From an uncultured Sphingobacteriales bacterium (GTDB taxonomy: Bacteria; Bacteroidota; Bacteroidia; CAILMK01; CAYYUA01), in assembly GCA_964595485.1 (NCBI GenBank), contig CAZQQN010000011.1:10669-74668 (forward strand): a stretch of 64,000 nt of DNA, read 5' to 3'. A program made the position numbers and the translations under genes. The notes under the pieces are model-generated. The model was not told the DNA's origin. It made no database searches and was given only the letters and a program-made list of their open reading frames with translations. Shown here one piece after another: positions 63,988 through 64,000 of this stretch (the stretch's first letter is position 1; each line of letters starts with the position of its first letter).

Positions 63988-64000
63988 CAGCGCTTAAAAT

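Noticed and set aside
63843-64000. Minus-strand frame open to the window end (...MPNPLNAVAFFPFTSLSSIIEGITIACQANCKKGSLISVKAFR*).
   Set aside because: Only ~52 codons are visible, with no recognisable motif. A plus-strand -7 box (63980-63987) suggests the region is a promoter for a downstream plus-strand gene. The data are insufficient to call.
1-64000. Scan for CRISPR arrays, tandem direct repeats, IS elements, integrases, toxin-antitoxin pairs, restriction-modification or other defence genes.
   Set aside because: None were recognised. Every ORF over 140 aa outside shadow frames has a housekeeping, envelope or pigment-pathway assignment or is a lone hypothetical. No regularly spaced repeats were seen.

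Overview
64-kb chromosomal window from a roughly 40-45% GC member of the Bacteroidota. Supporting signs: three proteins with T9SS C-terminal sorting domains, TAnnTTTG -7 promoter boxes upstream of many genes, a 288-aa SigA, the ileS / dksA-like / lspA block and a divergent tsaD/tamB pair. About 45 tightly packed genes. I recognised no rRNA, tRNA, CRISPR array, transposase, integrase or phage gene. The first 49 kb is mostly housekeeping: korAB, dnaG, rpoD, pheS, GDH, hflX, rsgA, a TPR hybrid histidine kinase, ileS, lspA, a TonB-dependent receptor, parC, tsaD, tamB, rnr, an NSS transporter and an S9 peptidase. The last 15 kb (49.3-63.6 kb) is the most system-like part. It holds an MMPL/RND transporter divergent from a crtD-like / acyltransferase / GT2 glycosyltransferase / cruF operon. 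Next comes a MerR-family regulator carrying the full CarH-type AdoB12 photoreceptor signature (Wx9EH plus ExHxxG). Then follows an ECF sigma / crtI / crtB / membrane hypothetical / crtY(cd) / ispH / crtW / hypothetical operon. This gene set predicts a light-regulated 4-keto monocyclic carotenoid acyl-glycoside (salinixanthin- or deoxyflexixanthin-glycoside-ester-like), possibly with a dedicated exporter. Reiterated CAATATTG palindromes and AAGCTTAT repeats sit in its promoter regions. The strongest sequence anomaly is ileS: its core (about 22.25-24.9 kb) is 57-67% GC in hand-counted blocks, against about 40-47% in sampled blocks of other genes (37% at the 5' end of ileS itself). Composition decays back to host-like values in the 3' end of the same ORF, and a pair of inverted GC-rich hairpin repeats lies upstream. 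That pattern suggests a mosaic, horizontally replaced IleRS. Smaller oddities: DnaG has lost all four zinc-ribbon ligands, the DksA-like protein lacks a Cys4 finger, and the GDH is animal-like (GLUD-like) with an antenna-position insertion. All calls come from reading the sequence and ORF translations; no database search was run.
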